Source: Chrysomallon squamiferum (taxonomy: Eukaryota > Animalia > Mollusca). Taken from it: a stretch of DNA of 64,000 nucleotides. Where the stretch lies: assembly GCA_012295275.1 (NCBI GenBank), contig CM022665.1, positions 23,746,001 to 23,810,000 of the forward strand, in the 5' to 3' direction. The first letter of the stretch is position 1; each line of letters opens with the position of its first letter. Below are positions 41,086 to 53,541 of this stretch, piece by piece. The notes under the pieces were generated by a model that was not told the origin of the DNA, searched no databases, and saw only the letters and a program-made list of their open reading frames with translations. The position numbers and the translations under genes are program-made.

Positions 41086-41500
41086 TTTTTTTTTTTTCAG
41101 TCATTTGTTTGTTTGTTTATTGATTTTTTGTGTGTTTGCTAGGCCAGTCAGTTGGTGGTATTTTAATTAAAATCTGAGAGAAGTGACGTACATGTGTTCA
41201 CTGTTTGTAGGAGGACTGGAGTCTGAGAAGGCCTACAGCTACGAGGGAGAGGATGAGAAGTGTACTTTCAACAGGACCAAAGTTGTCGTGAAGATCAATG
41301 GAGCCCTAAATATCTCCAGCAATGAGAAAGGTAAAATACTGTTTTAGTTTGCTTGGTTAAAATGTTTTGTGATGCTCTGTTTAATCAGAAATAATCTTAT
41401 TTGTGTCTATACTTGTTGTTTTTTTTGTTTTTTGTTTTTTCTCAGAAGCTGGTTTCATTTTTTGTTAATTTAAATGTGATTCAGCAATGATAATTTTATT
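40142..41500. repeat. Near-identical inverted repeat arm matching about 8950-7635
   Basis: Reverse complement of the parent region covering exon 10, intron 10 and exon 11. Only scattered substitutions and microsatellite length differences are visible. Confidence 0.9.
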
Positions 41501-41963
41501 TTTAGTTAATACATTAATAGGCAGTATAAAAAATAGTTTATAAATTAAAATCTACATTTTCAATTTATAAAGTCTACCTGATAAACTTGTATATAACATG
41601 GTATTATGTAATGTAATATTGAACACTTTTTGAATTTGCGTATTATTCAACTTTATTGTTGTTTCAGCTGTTGATAAATATATTTTTTAGATTTTTTACA
41701 GAGCTCAAAAACTGACGTTTTGATATGTAAAAACTGTTGTGTACAAAAATATGTCTGACATTAACAAGTGAATCAAATAGGATATCACCATTTTTATAAT
41801 TTTTGTGTTGATGTTGGTTTTGGGGATGTCATTTCATTATTTGGGATTTTTTGAATTTTTTTTTTTCTGTTGTTATGTTTTTAATATCATTTCTGCCGAA
41901 CATTTTAAATTTTAGCAGTTTTATATGGGAGGATTTTCATATCCTGGGAAAATTGTCCACAAC
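40191..41963 (+). pseudogene. Orphan protease-domain exons of the cathepsin F duplicate
   Basis: 40191-40271 ([21 protein letters not shown]...) and 41211-41330 ([11 protein letters not shown]...) are identical to parent exons 10 and 11. 41919-41963 is a decayed exon 13 (FYMGGFSYPGKIVHN vs [15 protein letters not shown]) that ends before the catalytic His. I found no counterparts of exons 6-9, 12, 14 or 15. Confidence 0.85.
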
Positions 41964-42075
41964 TGGGAAAAGTTTTTATATAGTCTTTTTAGATCCATTA
42001 AAACTGTGTAAGTTAGAGACCACATCTTTTAGCTTACAAAGAAAAGAAAAAAAGTTCTACTGGAGACTGAGACTG

Positions 42076-42260
<185 letters not shown>

Positions 42261-42463
42261 TCTCTTGTACCTGGTACACAGATGTGGTGGAATTGTTTAG
42301 TTTCCAGATGAATCATTTATTAACATTTTTAAAGAAAACTTCTTTGTATAATAAATTTTAAATCTCATTTAAATTTGTATTTTACACAGCTCTACACTTA
42401 TAAACTTTTGAAAATTTTATACTATTTTACCATTTAATTTTATATAAATAATTTCTGTACCTG

Positions 42464-42527
42464 TTTGACACCCAACAGTCTATCCATTACTCATGCTGGG
42501 GAATTGTTAAACATTCATTCATTCATC
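42464..42527 (+). mobile_element. SINE 3' tail ending in (ATTC)n
   Basis: TTTGACACCCAACAG...TGCTGGGGAATTGTTAAACATTCATTCATTC. A related tail occurs at 34795-34855, with its inverted twin at 17685-17745. Confidence 0.4.
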
Positions 42528-44643
42528 AAACAAAAAATATAAAAAATAAATAAAAAATAAAAAATAATATATAATAAAGTTAATCTGTTATTTAAAAATA
42601 AAATAACTGCAGTGCCAACATTTGTGTTAAGGGAGAGCACTGCTAGATAAAATGTACTGCATGGCGTGACAGATTTTTCTTGACTATTTATGGAGTACCA
42701 TAGTCCGAGTACATCATCTATTCACTTTTTCTTCTATTTTCAGAGCTACTCAAGAGTAGGGATTAAATATTGCTGTGAGCAATTGATAGAATCGAAGAAC
42801 CATTGTTATTCAGTTCTTCCAGATCAAATGTTTGATTATAATCTCTACTTACTAATGAACATTCTACATTAGTTACCTGCATTAAATAGTTATTTTATAA
42901 TCCATTCATTTCAGTTGTTTGATTTGAAATAACAGGTTTTCTTCACTAAATCTACTTTGTACTTTTCTTTAAGATTTTAACAATCTCTTAATTTTTCTTT
43001 ACTATTTGTAATTTAAAGAGTGGTCTTTTATTTATTATTTACAGAATTTATTAGATTACTATCATTAAAAAATACTATTCCTTCAATTGCTAGATCATTC
43101 GTATTACAAATATTATTCTTTAAATTGCTAACCAATTCAAATTACAAACTGAAGGCTTTATTTTCAGAATCAGGATGCATCTTATAATACACAGCAGAAC
43201 CAACTGTATTTTACTAGTATACCACAATTTAATCAGTACGAATAAAAATATTATGATAAATGTATTGTATGTTTGTTTTTAACAATAGTCATCTTAAAGT
43301 AACAAAATAAAGGTAAACTTCTGCAAATTTGAAACATATTGTTTATAACAAAAGCCATGTTATAATCTCACTAATAACTGGAGTAACAAGTATGCAGTGG
43401 AAGATTAAACTGAAGAGATAACTGAAAGTCAATCAAGTTTCTGTAAATATTTATTCATATTTTTCAAAGAACCAAAATGGTGATGACAACACAGGCCTAC
43501 AACAAAGTAATCTCACCCGCATCTTTTGAACAAGATTTTTTCTAATCCTTTCAGTGAATCCAAATGAATTATTATTCTTCATTTTTCTGAATTTCCTTCT
43601 TTTATATGGCAGGCAAGATAATTATTTGTGCAGAACAAACATTTACTTTTACAGTGAAAAAAAAAAAAAAAAAAATGAAAATGTACATATGTGATCATGA
43701 ATACAGTGAAAACTAATTACACAAAAAATTCATTAATGTAAATTTGAGTTATATACCTCAAATAAAATTCTATTCTACATTTTGTCTGTAGTTGGTACAG
43801 GTTCATCTTGTAAATGGTAAAAAGTCAACATTTCACATATACAGAGCATAAACACTATCTGATCGTCTTCCTAAAAAAAAGTGTATCAAAACATTTTCTA
43901 ACTTTTGGATGCTGAATTACATCTCCTATTTCTACACTGAGCAGATATTTTCTATGTTTGTGGTACAGGCTGTTGCAAAGAAATAAAAACTTGGTTTAAA
44001 GTTTAAGGAATTTTTATCCTACTTCATTTCCATTTTTTTTTAAAATGCTACATTTTCACCGTCTTCATTACATGTTAATAAATAAACAACAGGTATCATT
44101 TGTGGTTTTTGATTTAAGCATATTTCAGCATTTCTAGATCAATGTTACATACAACAGAGTTCAAAATGGAAATTTTATGGCTAAAGTTTAATCATTTAAA
44201 AAAAAAAAAAAATTCCTGTTTAAGGCATCTTCTGTAAAGAATATGCTTCTGATTATGTGTGATTAAAATTTTTGAATATATCAGATAGAGCATCTTGGGA
44301 GCTAGGTTAGAAAAATAATCATTTTTACCAAAATGTTAAGACATAAAAATATTTACATAAAGTCTATACGAGATAAACTGAAGACAGTGTCTTAAAAACA
44401 AGACGAAAAACATTGCGGATATACTTCCTAACTGTTTAGAAATTACATACAAAGATTATACACCAATGAACAATAAAAAACAGAAAACAAAAAACGAAAT
44501 ACACCACAGAAATACATCTCGAATTGTTATAAACTCGATAAAAAGACACGGATTACTCTACATATGAAAAAACAGTATGACAAATGCTGCAAAATCAATA
44601 TTAACACGTAAGCTTGCACCCAAGTATAAAGTTCAGTCTGCGT

Positions 44644-46762
44644 TTATTTCTGGTAGCTGCCATAGTACTGACTGTACTGTCCACCACTGCCATAGGATCC
44701 CTGATTTCCCCAACCACTGCTCCCACTGCTGCCTCCATAGCCTTGGCCCCAGTTTTGCTGCTGGTTCCAGTTTTGACCATAGCCTTGACTGCTTTGAGGA
44801 TTCTGGTTGTACCCACTCCACTGAAATGTAAACAAGTTTTTATTTATTTATGGAGTCTTTATATCTTCATTCAATCTATTTATTACACCAACATTGTTTT
44901 CAACAAAACGTTCAGTGCTTTTTTTAAGGAAAAAAAATGGGGAAAAAATAAAATAAAATAAAATAGAAATGAATGTGCCTTAACAATGTATTAAAAATCT
45001 GTACATAGTTTGTGGGACATGCTCTGTAAACTGAAAGTAAATTTATTTCAGCCAACTTACATTTCCTCCATAGCCTGTCTGGCCTTGGTGACCCCAGGAG
45101 CCCTGACCAGTCCACTGATTCTGGTTCCCTCCCCAAGAGCTGCCTTGGTTCCCGCCACCCCAGGCACCTTTGCTATTCCACGAAGAACTCTGACCATAGC
45201 CACCACCACCACCTCCACTACGATTTCGTGCTTGGTTGCGGTCCTGCATGATACAAAAGTAAATAAATAGTAACAACTTTTTTGGGAAGATGGGGGAGCC
45301 TTAATTGTAAGTTAAGATAAAAAGGAAAGAAAAAAGTTCAAATTAGCTGTCTGACAGTAGTGTAAACAAATACCATTCTTCAATCTATTTTTGGCAAACC
45401 AAAAATAGATTAATGTTCAAACTTACGTAAGATCTGTCTGAAGAGCCGCCATATGAAGTACGCCTACTGTCCTGGTATCTGTCATTGTATCGACCACCAC
45501 CTCCACCACCACCTCCATAGCTTCGATAACCACCTGCAAGTATATATTACATCATTTACATCTGTTTAAAACCCTAATTTAAACAAACTTTTTAAAAATA
45601 AATATTAGTCCATTCAATCAAAACTTCTTAACAATTATTTTCACAATTATTATTTATATATTGGTTATATTTTTATCATTGTTAAATCAGAAATGAATGC
45701 TAAAGGCTTGTTTAAACAAATTCTTTAGAATCCTTTCATAAAAATCAGAATATCTATGAAGCAATCTCCGAAGCTTAAATAATGGTACATTTTTAAACGG
45801 TTTATATTCTACCCACCATCACCACGATAGTTAGATCCACCACCTCTGTAACCTCGGTCTCTGTATCCTCCACGTCCTCCATACCTGTCACGTTCACCAC
45901 CCCCACTGTGATAACCACCTCGCCTGTCATAATTGTATCCACCTCTTCCACCTGTAAAATCATCTGTAATGTATAAATGTTTTGCAGTGCTTTTAAAAAT
46001 TATAATATTTTGGTAATTTTTCGAAATGTTCCAGAATTTTTACAACAGATATACAAAATCTGATCAATTTTTTTTTAATTTCATCACAAGCAAGTTATAT
46101 ATATATACATACAAGAATTTCTTTTCAGGGATAAAAGGTAAAAAAAACCACAAACATGTACAAATTGTTTTCACTTGGGACATTATTTCTCAAGAGTTTG
46201 ACAACAGATGGTTGAACTCACTTTTGGGCGTTCACCACCACGCCATCTTTTTTCTGGTGGAGGAAGAAGATCCTGAGCTTCTTTGCGATATTTGTCAACA
46301 AGCTCTTTACAAGTCTCCCCTTCCAGATCAGTGTATATTATTTCATCAAACAGCTGTCCAGTCTCTGGCAGTGTGAAGTTGGCTAGAAAATAGAAGTACC
46401 AGCATTAGAAAAATAGAGGGAATGTGAAATCCAAAGCCCATGGATTTCTCAATAGTTCTATACAGACTGGTGGGAAATCCACGAGGGTCATTAAAACATC
46501 TACTGTACCCAATACCTTTTATGAAGATAAAGGATGAAAGCTTGTTTCGAAGACATGCGAATGGTGTGCTCTCTACAGAGAAGCATTATCTATATTTTAG
46601 TCAGGAAATACAAGTGGCAACTGGTGCCAAGCCAAGTTTCGGCTGGCCCTACCTTTCATTTCTAGCACAGCTTTTTCCGGAACCTCTTTGCCCTCTTCCT
46701 TCTCTCTAAGTTCTGTGCGGGTTTTGAAATCCTCCTCAGTGGGGACTACGACAACTGCTTTG

Positions 46763-46803
<41 letters not shown>

Positions 46804-49800
46804 TGATGCATACACATTTGTCTATTACGGTGATAAAGAATATAATTCATTATTTTGCCTCTTGTTGTCGATATCCAGATGGTGTCAATTTTGGATGTTA
46901 TAATTGACAATCTTAATAATCATTTAATGGTTATTTCGGCAACTGTTGATATCTGCAACATACTTGAAGAAATACATGTTACATTTGTTTTGTTTCATCA
47001 TATTCGACATTCCTTGTCGTGTATCCTGCTGGTGTTAAACCTCACCTACCTTGTGGAGCGACTAAACTACGTTTGATCAAAATACAAATTCACATTCACC
47101 CTCATGGCTCGACACCTTTAGGAATTACATTAGTGTGTTTTAAAGATTATTAAGTGAAATTTATTAACAAATGACAAAACAGCAAGTTATCGGGGGAATT
47201 TTTTTTTTTTAAATGAAACAGTAAAATGGTGTTAATGTACGAGTAATTCTTATAATGAATATAGAATTTCTGGATTTAAAATTTTATGTTTGTTGCTGTT
47301 TTTGGGTTGTTGTTTTTTTATTACATCAAGTAACATTTCCTCAACAACGACTAAAATAATAAAGAAATTCTGTTTATTAATCTAACAAGTCAATTTAAAT
47401 CAGCATAATGAAAAATGAACAAAAACAACTGCCTGGAATAACACAAGACTAAAATATGGAGGATCAGTTTAATTTAATTCTCGGTTTTTGAAGAATTCTC
47501 TTACTGACATTCATTTTATTCAGACAACAATTGTAAAACTGCTTTTATCAAGTTAAAGCAACTGGGTGTTTTCTTCTGAATTACTATGCTGAATAATTAT
47601 CCTTTACAGAGCCAACATACATGTACTGATCCAACACAAATGAATTATACTTATTTAAAAATTAACTGAAATCCATTTCCTTTGTTTTGTATGACTTAAA
47701 GATTTTTTAAAATATATATGGTTAATACTAGAGATCAATTGGAATTATTATTCTTTTTAGATTTTTTATTTTTTTTTATTTTTTTTTTCAGAATAAACGA
47801 GTGTCTCTGAGCCAGGAGGGTGCCAAAACTTACTCTGTCATTCTCCAGTACTTGTGGATAATCTGGTATAATTTAAGTTACCTACCTTACTTTATCTTGA
47901 AAGAGATCATCTAACTACAACCTATCATCACCTACCTTATAAAGGGGGAGGGGGGAATAAAGGCAACCTGCTATTACCTACCTTAGCTGAAAAGAAAAAC
48001 AAAATGAACTGAAAAAAAAAACCTGAAAAGTAAAGCATTCAAACTCACCTGGCAGTTGTATCTGTAGACATTTCATTTTTTTAATTTTTTATTTCTCTTA
48101 ATCAATTTAAATCTGTTGAAACCACAAGGCTCCTTGTCATGTCACTTATGAGTTATTTCCATGTCACTTACTATCGTTTGCACTATAGATGGACTAACGT
48201 ACCTGATCCAGTATGTAGTTGTGCTTCTTTCTGGCAGCTATCTCAATCATTCGGTTAAGACACTTGGTCGATTTGTCAATCAACACATCCCATCTGCCAG
48301 CATAGTTCTTCTTTCGTGGAAGGCCCATCACCTAAAATTTATATACTCTTAAGTTATTCAAGTCTCCAACATTTATTTCAGAGTTCTTGTATCTTATGAA
48401 TCTGATACATTTGTTTTGAATATCTTTAATCCAAATGAATGCAACATGAAAACAACCTGATATTTATGTAAACTTTTTGCTGTTTATGAAAACAGAATAT
48501 CTATTATCAGTCAAAATACTGATGACATCACTGCATACTACACCAAATATATTTCTTTTAAATTTAAGATAATGGGAAAATGTAACAACAAAGAATATAA
48601 TTTTCACACTTTTATAAAAAATATGTTATCAGAAGCATGTCCATTTATAAGGGATACCTCAGTTTGAATATCACATATGTATCTTTGTAACTGATATACT
48701 GAATGTTTACAATTCAAAGTACGACGGCTTTTGAAACGAAATAAAAAAATTAGTAATCTACTATAAAGGTTTTCAAAAACGTTAAATTGGAATACAAATA
48801 CTTACTTTCATTTTATCAATTATATTGTTTGTGCCAAGGATAAAGTATCTGTTGTTAGGATTAGCAGCACTGTGTTTTTCTGCCCAATGTGTCTTCCCAG
48901 CACCAGGCAATCCAACCATCATGATGATCTGCACAAGATACGATAAAGCATTATGAAATAAAAATATCACAAACAACATGGTATCTCAAAAACAGCTTAA
49001 TATGTCCATAGTTTAATTTTAAAATCATCAATAAATATTTCAGTTACCATAAAAACCATATGCAGCCTTACAATAACCCAAAATTTCTTTGGTAATTTTT
49101 TTGGTTGATTATATACAAGAAAATAAAATAAATAAAGTTCTTCAGCCAATATACAGAGAACAAAATGTTTTAAATTATTCAACTTCATACTTCAAAACTT
49201 TCATAAGCATACCTCACAGTCTTCTTTTTTGGCTGGTGGCATTGAACCTCGCACCCTCTTATCTTCTTCAAGCAAACCAATAAATGTATAACCTTCTGTC
49301 AGTGGAAACCACGGTTCCTCCTTTATGAAAAAAAAGAGGTTTTTTTTATAATAAATTTGTAGAAAAAACACAAACAAAACCAAAGAAAAAAAGAACCTTG
49401 AATAACCAAAATAATTTTTATTGTTCTATCACTTTCTATAAAAGTAATAAAGCATAAACGAAATATTATTTTTAAAAGTAATTTATATGACATTTTGCCA
49501 GTCTCTATCAGACTTTTTCTTCTCTTAATCAGAACTTCAAAACAACTTTAATTTATCTTTTTCTACCAAAATATATTAAACTGTAAAACTTGTTATTTCA
49601 CACTACCTTTTGTCCAAAATTGCATTCAAATTCTGTGTTCTTGGTCAAAATGTGTGGAAACAGGGCAGCATCTCCAAGGGTAGATTTCTCAATTTCAAAA
49701 CAAGTTCCCAGATCTTGACCATTCTTTGAATATGACATAACAACTGGGTCACTGTCCATATCCTTTGGGGAAATAAATTTGAATATTAAACATAATAAAT

Positions 49801-52674
49801 GGGGTGTTTGTTTTTGAATAAATTTTAACGTTTTTCTATCAAGACTTCATAAAATGAATGATTATTATTAACAAACTTACCAGATATGCAGTGATGACAT
49901 CTCCCTCTGAAAACTTTTCACCATAGTCTTTGAAATTGCATTCTGTTGAAGCTTTCCCTGTCCCTCCATAGCCATAGGAGAGTGGCTCTTCACCTGTAAC
50001 AGTAACATTAAGAAATACTCATTTCACAAGATTAAATGTTTTTAAAAGTGATGATGGAATATTTTGATGGTGACTAACATAGTAACTCCAATAAATTTAA
50101 ATAAATTTTCTCAAAATAACAAAAGGCTCACACTGTGAAGTGCCTACCCAAAACATTATCTGCCTTGTTGTGGGTGTGTATATATATATATATATATACT
50201 GATGATAAAAAATTTGAATTACTGAAATTGAATAGTTATTACAGAAATTGAACCTCTTTATTGAAATTAAGCAGTTTATGCATGTATGGGGAAGTCAAAA
50301 TTATGTCTTATAGCAATCACAAATGGTAATTAATAATTTCTGAAAGTATCTTTAAACTGAATTAGAACATTATAAACACTGATTCTCTAAGTATAGCTAT
50401 GGTTTTCACAAAAGAACCTGAAAATAATGCAAACATATGGCACACTAAAACTTACATAAGTGCACAACAGTATTTAAAAAAAAAAAAATTGGCAGTTTTG
50501 ACCGAAGGAAAACTCATCTACATGTAATTAAAGCCAGTAAGTATCTGAGAAAAGCAATACTTACCAAGCTGAAGAGATGTGGAATCAGCAGACCAGCCAA
50601 CTCTAACAACATGAGGATTACACTCATCTGAAGGAAGATGTTCAACATTCAGATTCTCCAAAACCTGAAAGGTTTTAGAGCTATTATTTTCAGTGTAAAT
50701 ATAATAATAACAATAATAAGAGAATCTATTGAATACAAATGAAACTATAATTATAAACTTCCTTAAAGTTGAACAACAACTTTTAACTTGCCTTCACTTC
50801 ATAAGCAATCTTTCCACTGTTGACACCAAACATGGAGCGTACACCTGCCCACATAAAAGCAAAACCTTCTACTGTCAAAGGATGAGCTTTGTATCCATTT
50901 TCATCCATTCTTATTGTCAAATCACAATTATCTGGAAAACCACAAAAATAAAAATAAATAAATTAAGAACTGATGAATGTTTAAATGAAATTTGCACCAT
51001 CTAGTATTAATATTTGTTTTGATATCCTGCATCAGAAAACCTGTTTGCAGCTTTGATATTCTGCTTAACTCTTTTTATTTTACAAAATAAAATAGAACAG
51101 TAAGTAGTGCACTATCAAGCCAAATGAAAAAAATTATATATATTAATAATCAACTTACATCTGTCAAGTTTGACAGCTGTCTCAGATTCCCAGCTTTCAT
51201 CATCCATCTCAGGTGGAGGACGCCTGAAATAATTTTTTATACATAATCAACATAAATAACACATTCATCCTTTTCTAAATTCATTTATCACACACTGACC
51301 CTTTTTGTAATCAATACGACACTTGTTTTCAGTATTCATGACCATTTTTTTTTTTTTGCACTTCAGTTTTAAAAATTTTTAAAAGAAAATGACAAAATAT
51401 GAAATGAATGTCTATAGATTACGATAGTAATACAATTGTACAAATATTTTTTAAAATGTCATAGAATTTACAGCAAAGATGTCTAAATGTAAAAAAAAAA
51501 AGGCATGGACTGATGACAGAGAAATACAGATGACATGAAATGATTCTAAAAGCTAATTTCATACCTATTTCTTTCCCGTGATCTGGAACGTGATCGATGT
51601 CTTTCCCTGTCCCGGGATCGCCTCCTTTCACGTGACCTTGACCGCGATCGGGATCGGGATCGTTTTCTCTTCTGACTGTGCTTTTTATCATCATCTACCA
51701 CAAAACAAATTAAAAACATAATAATTTTTTCACTGAATTTGCATTGGATTTATTTTGGAAGAAGACTATTACCATGGCAACTGTAAACTATCATTTATTT
51801 TATCAATAATATAATTTTATCATCTGATAATATACCTCAAAATAAACATCACTATTTCTTAAGGAATCCTGAGTTTTAGTTAAAAATTATGCTCACCTTT
51901 GCTGTCCTCCATTTCACCGGTTTCATCAATTGTCTGATATTCCTCATTAACATCATCAGTTGCAGGTGCTTGCTCTCCATTTTCCTGTCTACTCTCCTGC
52001 ACCATCATAGGTTCTTCCTTCCTTTCTGTTGCCTCTTCCTTTTTCTCCACCTGCTCAATTTGTTGTTCTTCCACCATTTCTTGCTGTTCTTCCTCCTTAA
52101 CCATTTGTTCTTTCTTGTCCAATTGTTCTTCCTTGTGTGCATTTTCTTCTTCCATTTTCACAGCAGGTTCTTCGGTTTTCACTGGTGGTTCTTCTGTCTT
52201 CAGTGGTGGTTCTTCTGTACTCACTGGTGGTTCTTCTGTCTTCAGTGGTGGTTCTTCTGTCTTCACATCTGTTTCTTTCATTTCTTCTTTTTCTTCAGCA
52301 ACCTTTTCAATACAACATTAAAATGTTTATAGCAATTTAAGGTTTTTTAATAAATGTACATTTTATATACAAAGACGACTATATCCTTGCCCATTTAATA
52401 ATGTTAGAAAAATCTATAAAAATTACCACAACAGTGGCAGCTGGCTCAGGTTCCTGCTTCAGTTCAGGTTCAGTTACTGCTGGCTGAACCTCTGGTTCTT
52501 GTGTAGGTGTTTCTTGCTGTACAACACTGCTATTTTGTTCAGTCTGACTTGTGTCATGTTCTGTTTGACTGTCATCTTGCGATTCATCACCAAAACTTTC
52601 ATCCCCACCACCACCACCACCAACTTGATTATCAGCCGATGGTTCTAAAAAAGTAATATTTTATAAACAATTAA

Positions 52675-52705
<31 letters not shown>

Positions 52706-53541
52706 AATACAATTAATTAAATATAAATGATAATGTTCAGTCTTATACAGAAATATTTAGTCTAGACTTCTGTGGCCATGTGTGTTAGCTTTAGGATTTT
52801 TCATTTTTTTCTAATTACAAAAATCTTATTAAAGGATTAAATAATGTTTAAATAATATTTTTACAACATATTTGTATTATTACTTGAAATTAATATTTAA
52901 AAAATATTCATTTAACACTTTTTACCATGCCATTAAGGGTCAAATTTAAAAAATTATATTAATCTAACGTTAAGAAGTTTAAAACAATACATTACTTTAC
53001 ATGGGAAAGAAATAGCTTTTCACAGAAAATATTTCAAATGTAGTTATTTCGTAAATTCTTATGTGTTTGCTTGTTTTTTTAATTATTTAATAATATAAAA
53101 TTTAAATTCACCGATGAACATTTAATAAATCAGTTGTAATTTCCTCTTTTCTGTTAGGAATATAGCACTTAGGAGCAAGGTAACAAGTTTTAAAATTAAA
53201 CAATGAAATACGGTAATTACCGTTTATTTTCGCGTCCGAAACGAGGCCAAAGCGACCTATTTTTAGTCTTTGTGTTTTTGAAAACATTGCTCTATTTTAA
53301 CATTCATTTACGATTAGTTGCAGTTTATATCATGCGGAAAAATAGTGAATGGTTTGCAAATGTATTTGCATTTCCATATTTACACCACTGAATACTTGCC
53401 TAAACCAGATTCATTTGCAATGGCGTCATGCAACCTTTTCACTAGTACCGACTTGTTGCCTTTTGTATCAAGACCTTTTTTCTTTAACTCATCGCGCAAC
53501 TCAGCTACTTTCAGTTTGTTTAACCTTTCAACATCACTCAT
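44644..53541 (-). CDS. HNRNPUL1: hnRNP U / hnRNP U-like 1 family protein (SAP, acidic linker, RS-rich segment, SPRY, P-loop AAA_33, RGG, G/Q/Y/W-rich tail)
   Basis: Exons: 53541-53400, 52644-52427, 52302-51897, 51694-51565, 51223-51159, 50931-50792, 50664-50565, 49993-49881, 49762-49607, 49320-49213, 48928-48806, 48331-48203, 46821-46653, 46382-~46222, 45951-45817, 45533-45427, 45243-45061, 44820-44644. Motifs: [31 protein letters not shown]; [13 protein letters not shown]...VRVGWS...[14 protein letters not shown]; Walker A GLPGAGKT; [18 protein letters not shown]; ANFTLP...PPPEKR. The phase of the exon 14/15 junction is unresolved. It is probably co-orthologous to vertebrate HNRNPU, HNRNPUL1 and HNRNPUL2. 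Confidence 0.93.
52160..52266 (-). repeat. Coding 21-nt tandem repeat, (K/S)TEEP(P/A)(L/V), about 5 copies
   Basis: ggtggttcttctgt units recur every 21 nt on the plus strand. Translation: [35 protein letters not shown]. Confidence 0.85.

Noticed and set aside
40191-41330. A second full-length active cathepsin F on the plus strand
   Set aside because: The propeptide and all catalytic-residue exons are missing, and the phase is incompatible with exon 5'.
44577-45270. Plus-strand ORFs at 44577, 44614 and 45010
   Set aside because: They are antisense shadows of the Gly/Gln-rich last exons of the hnRNP U-like gene.
51889-52340. Plus-strand hydrophobic ORFs
   Set aside because: They are antisense shadows of the Glu-rich hnRNP U-like exon 3.
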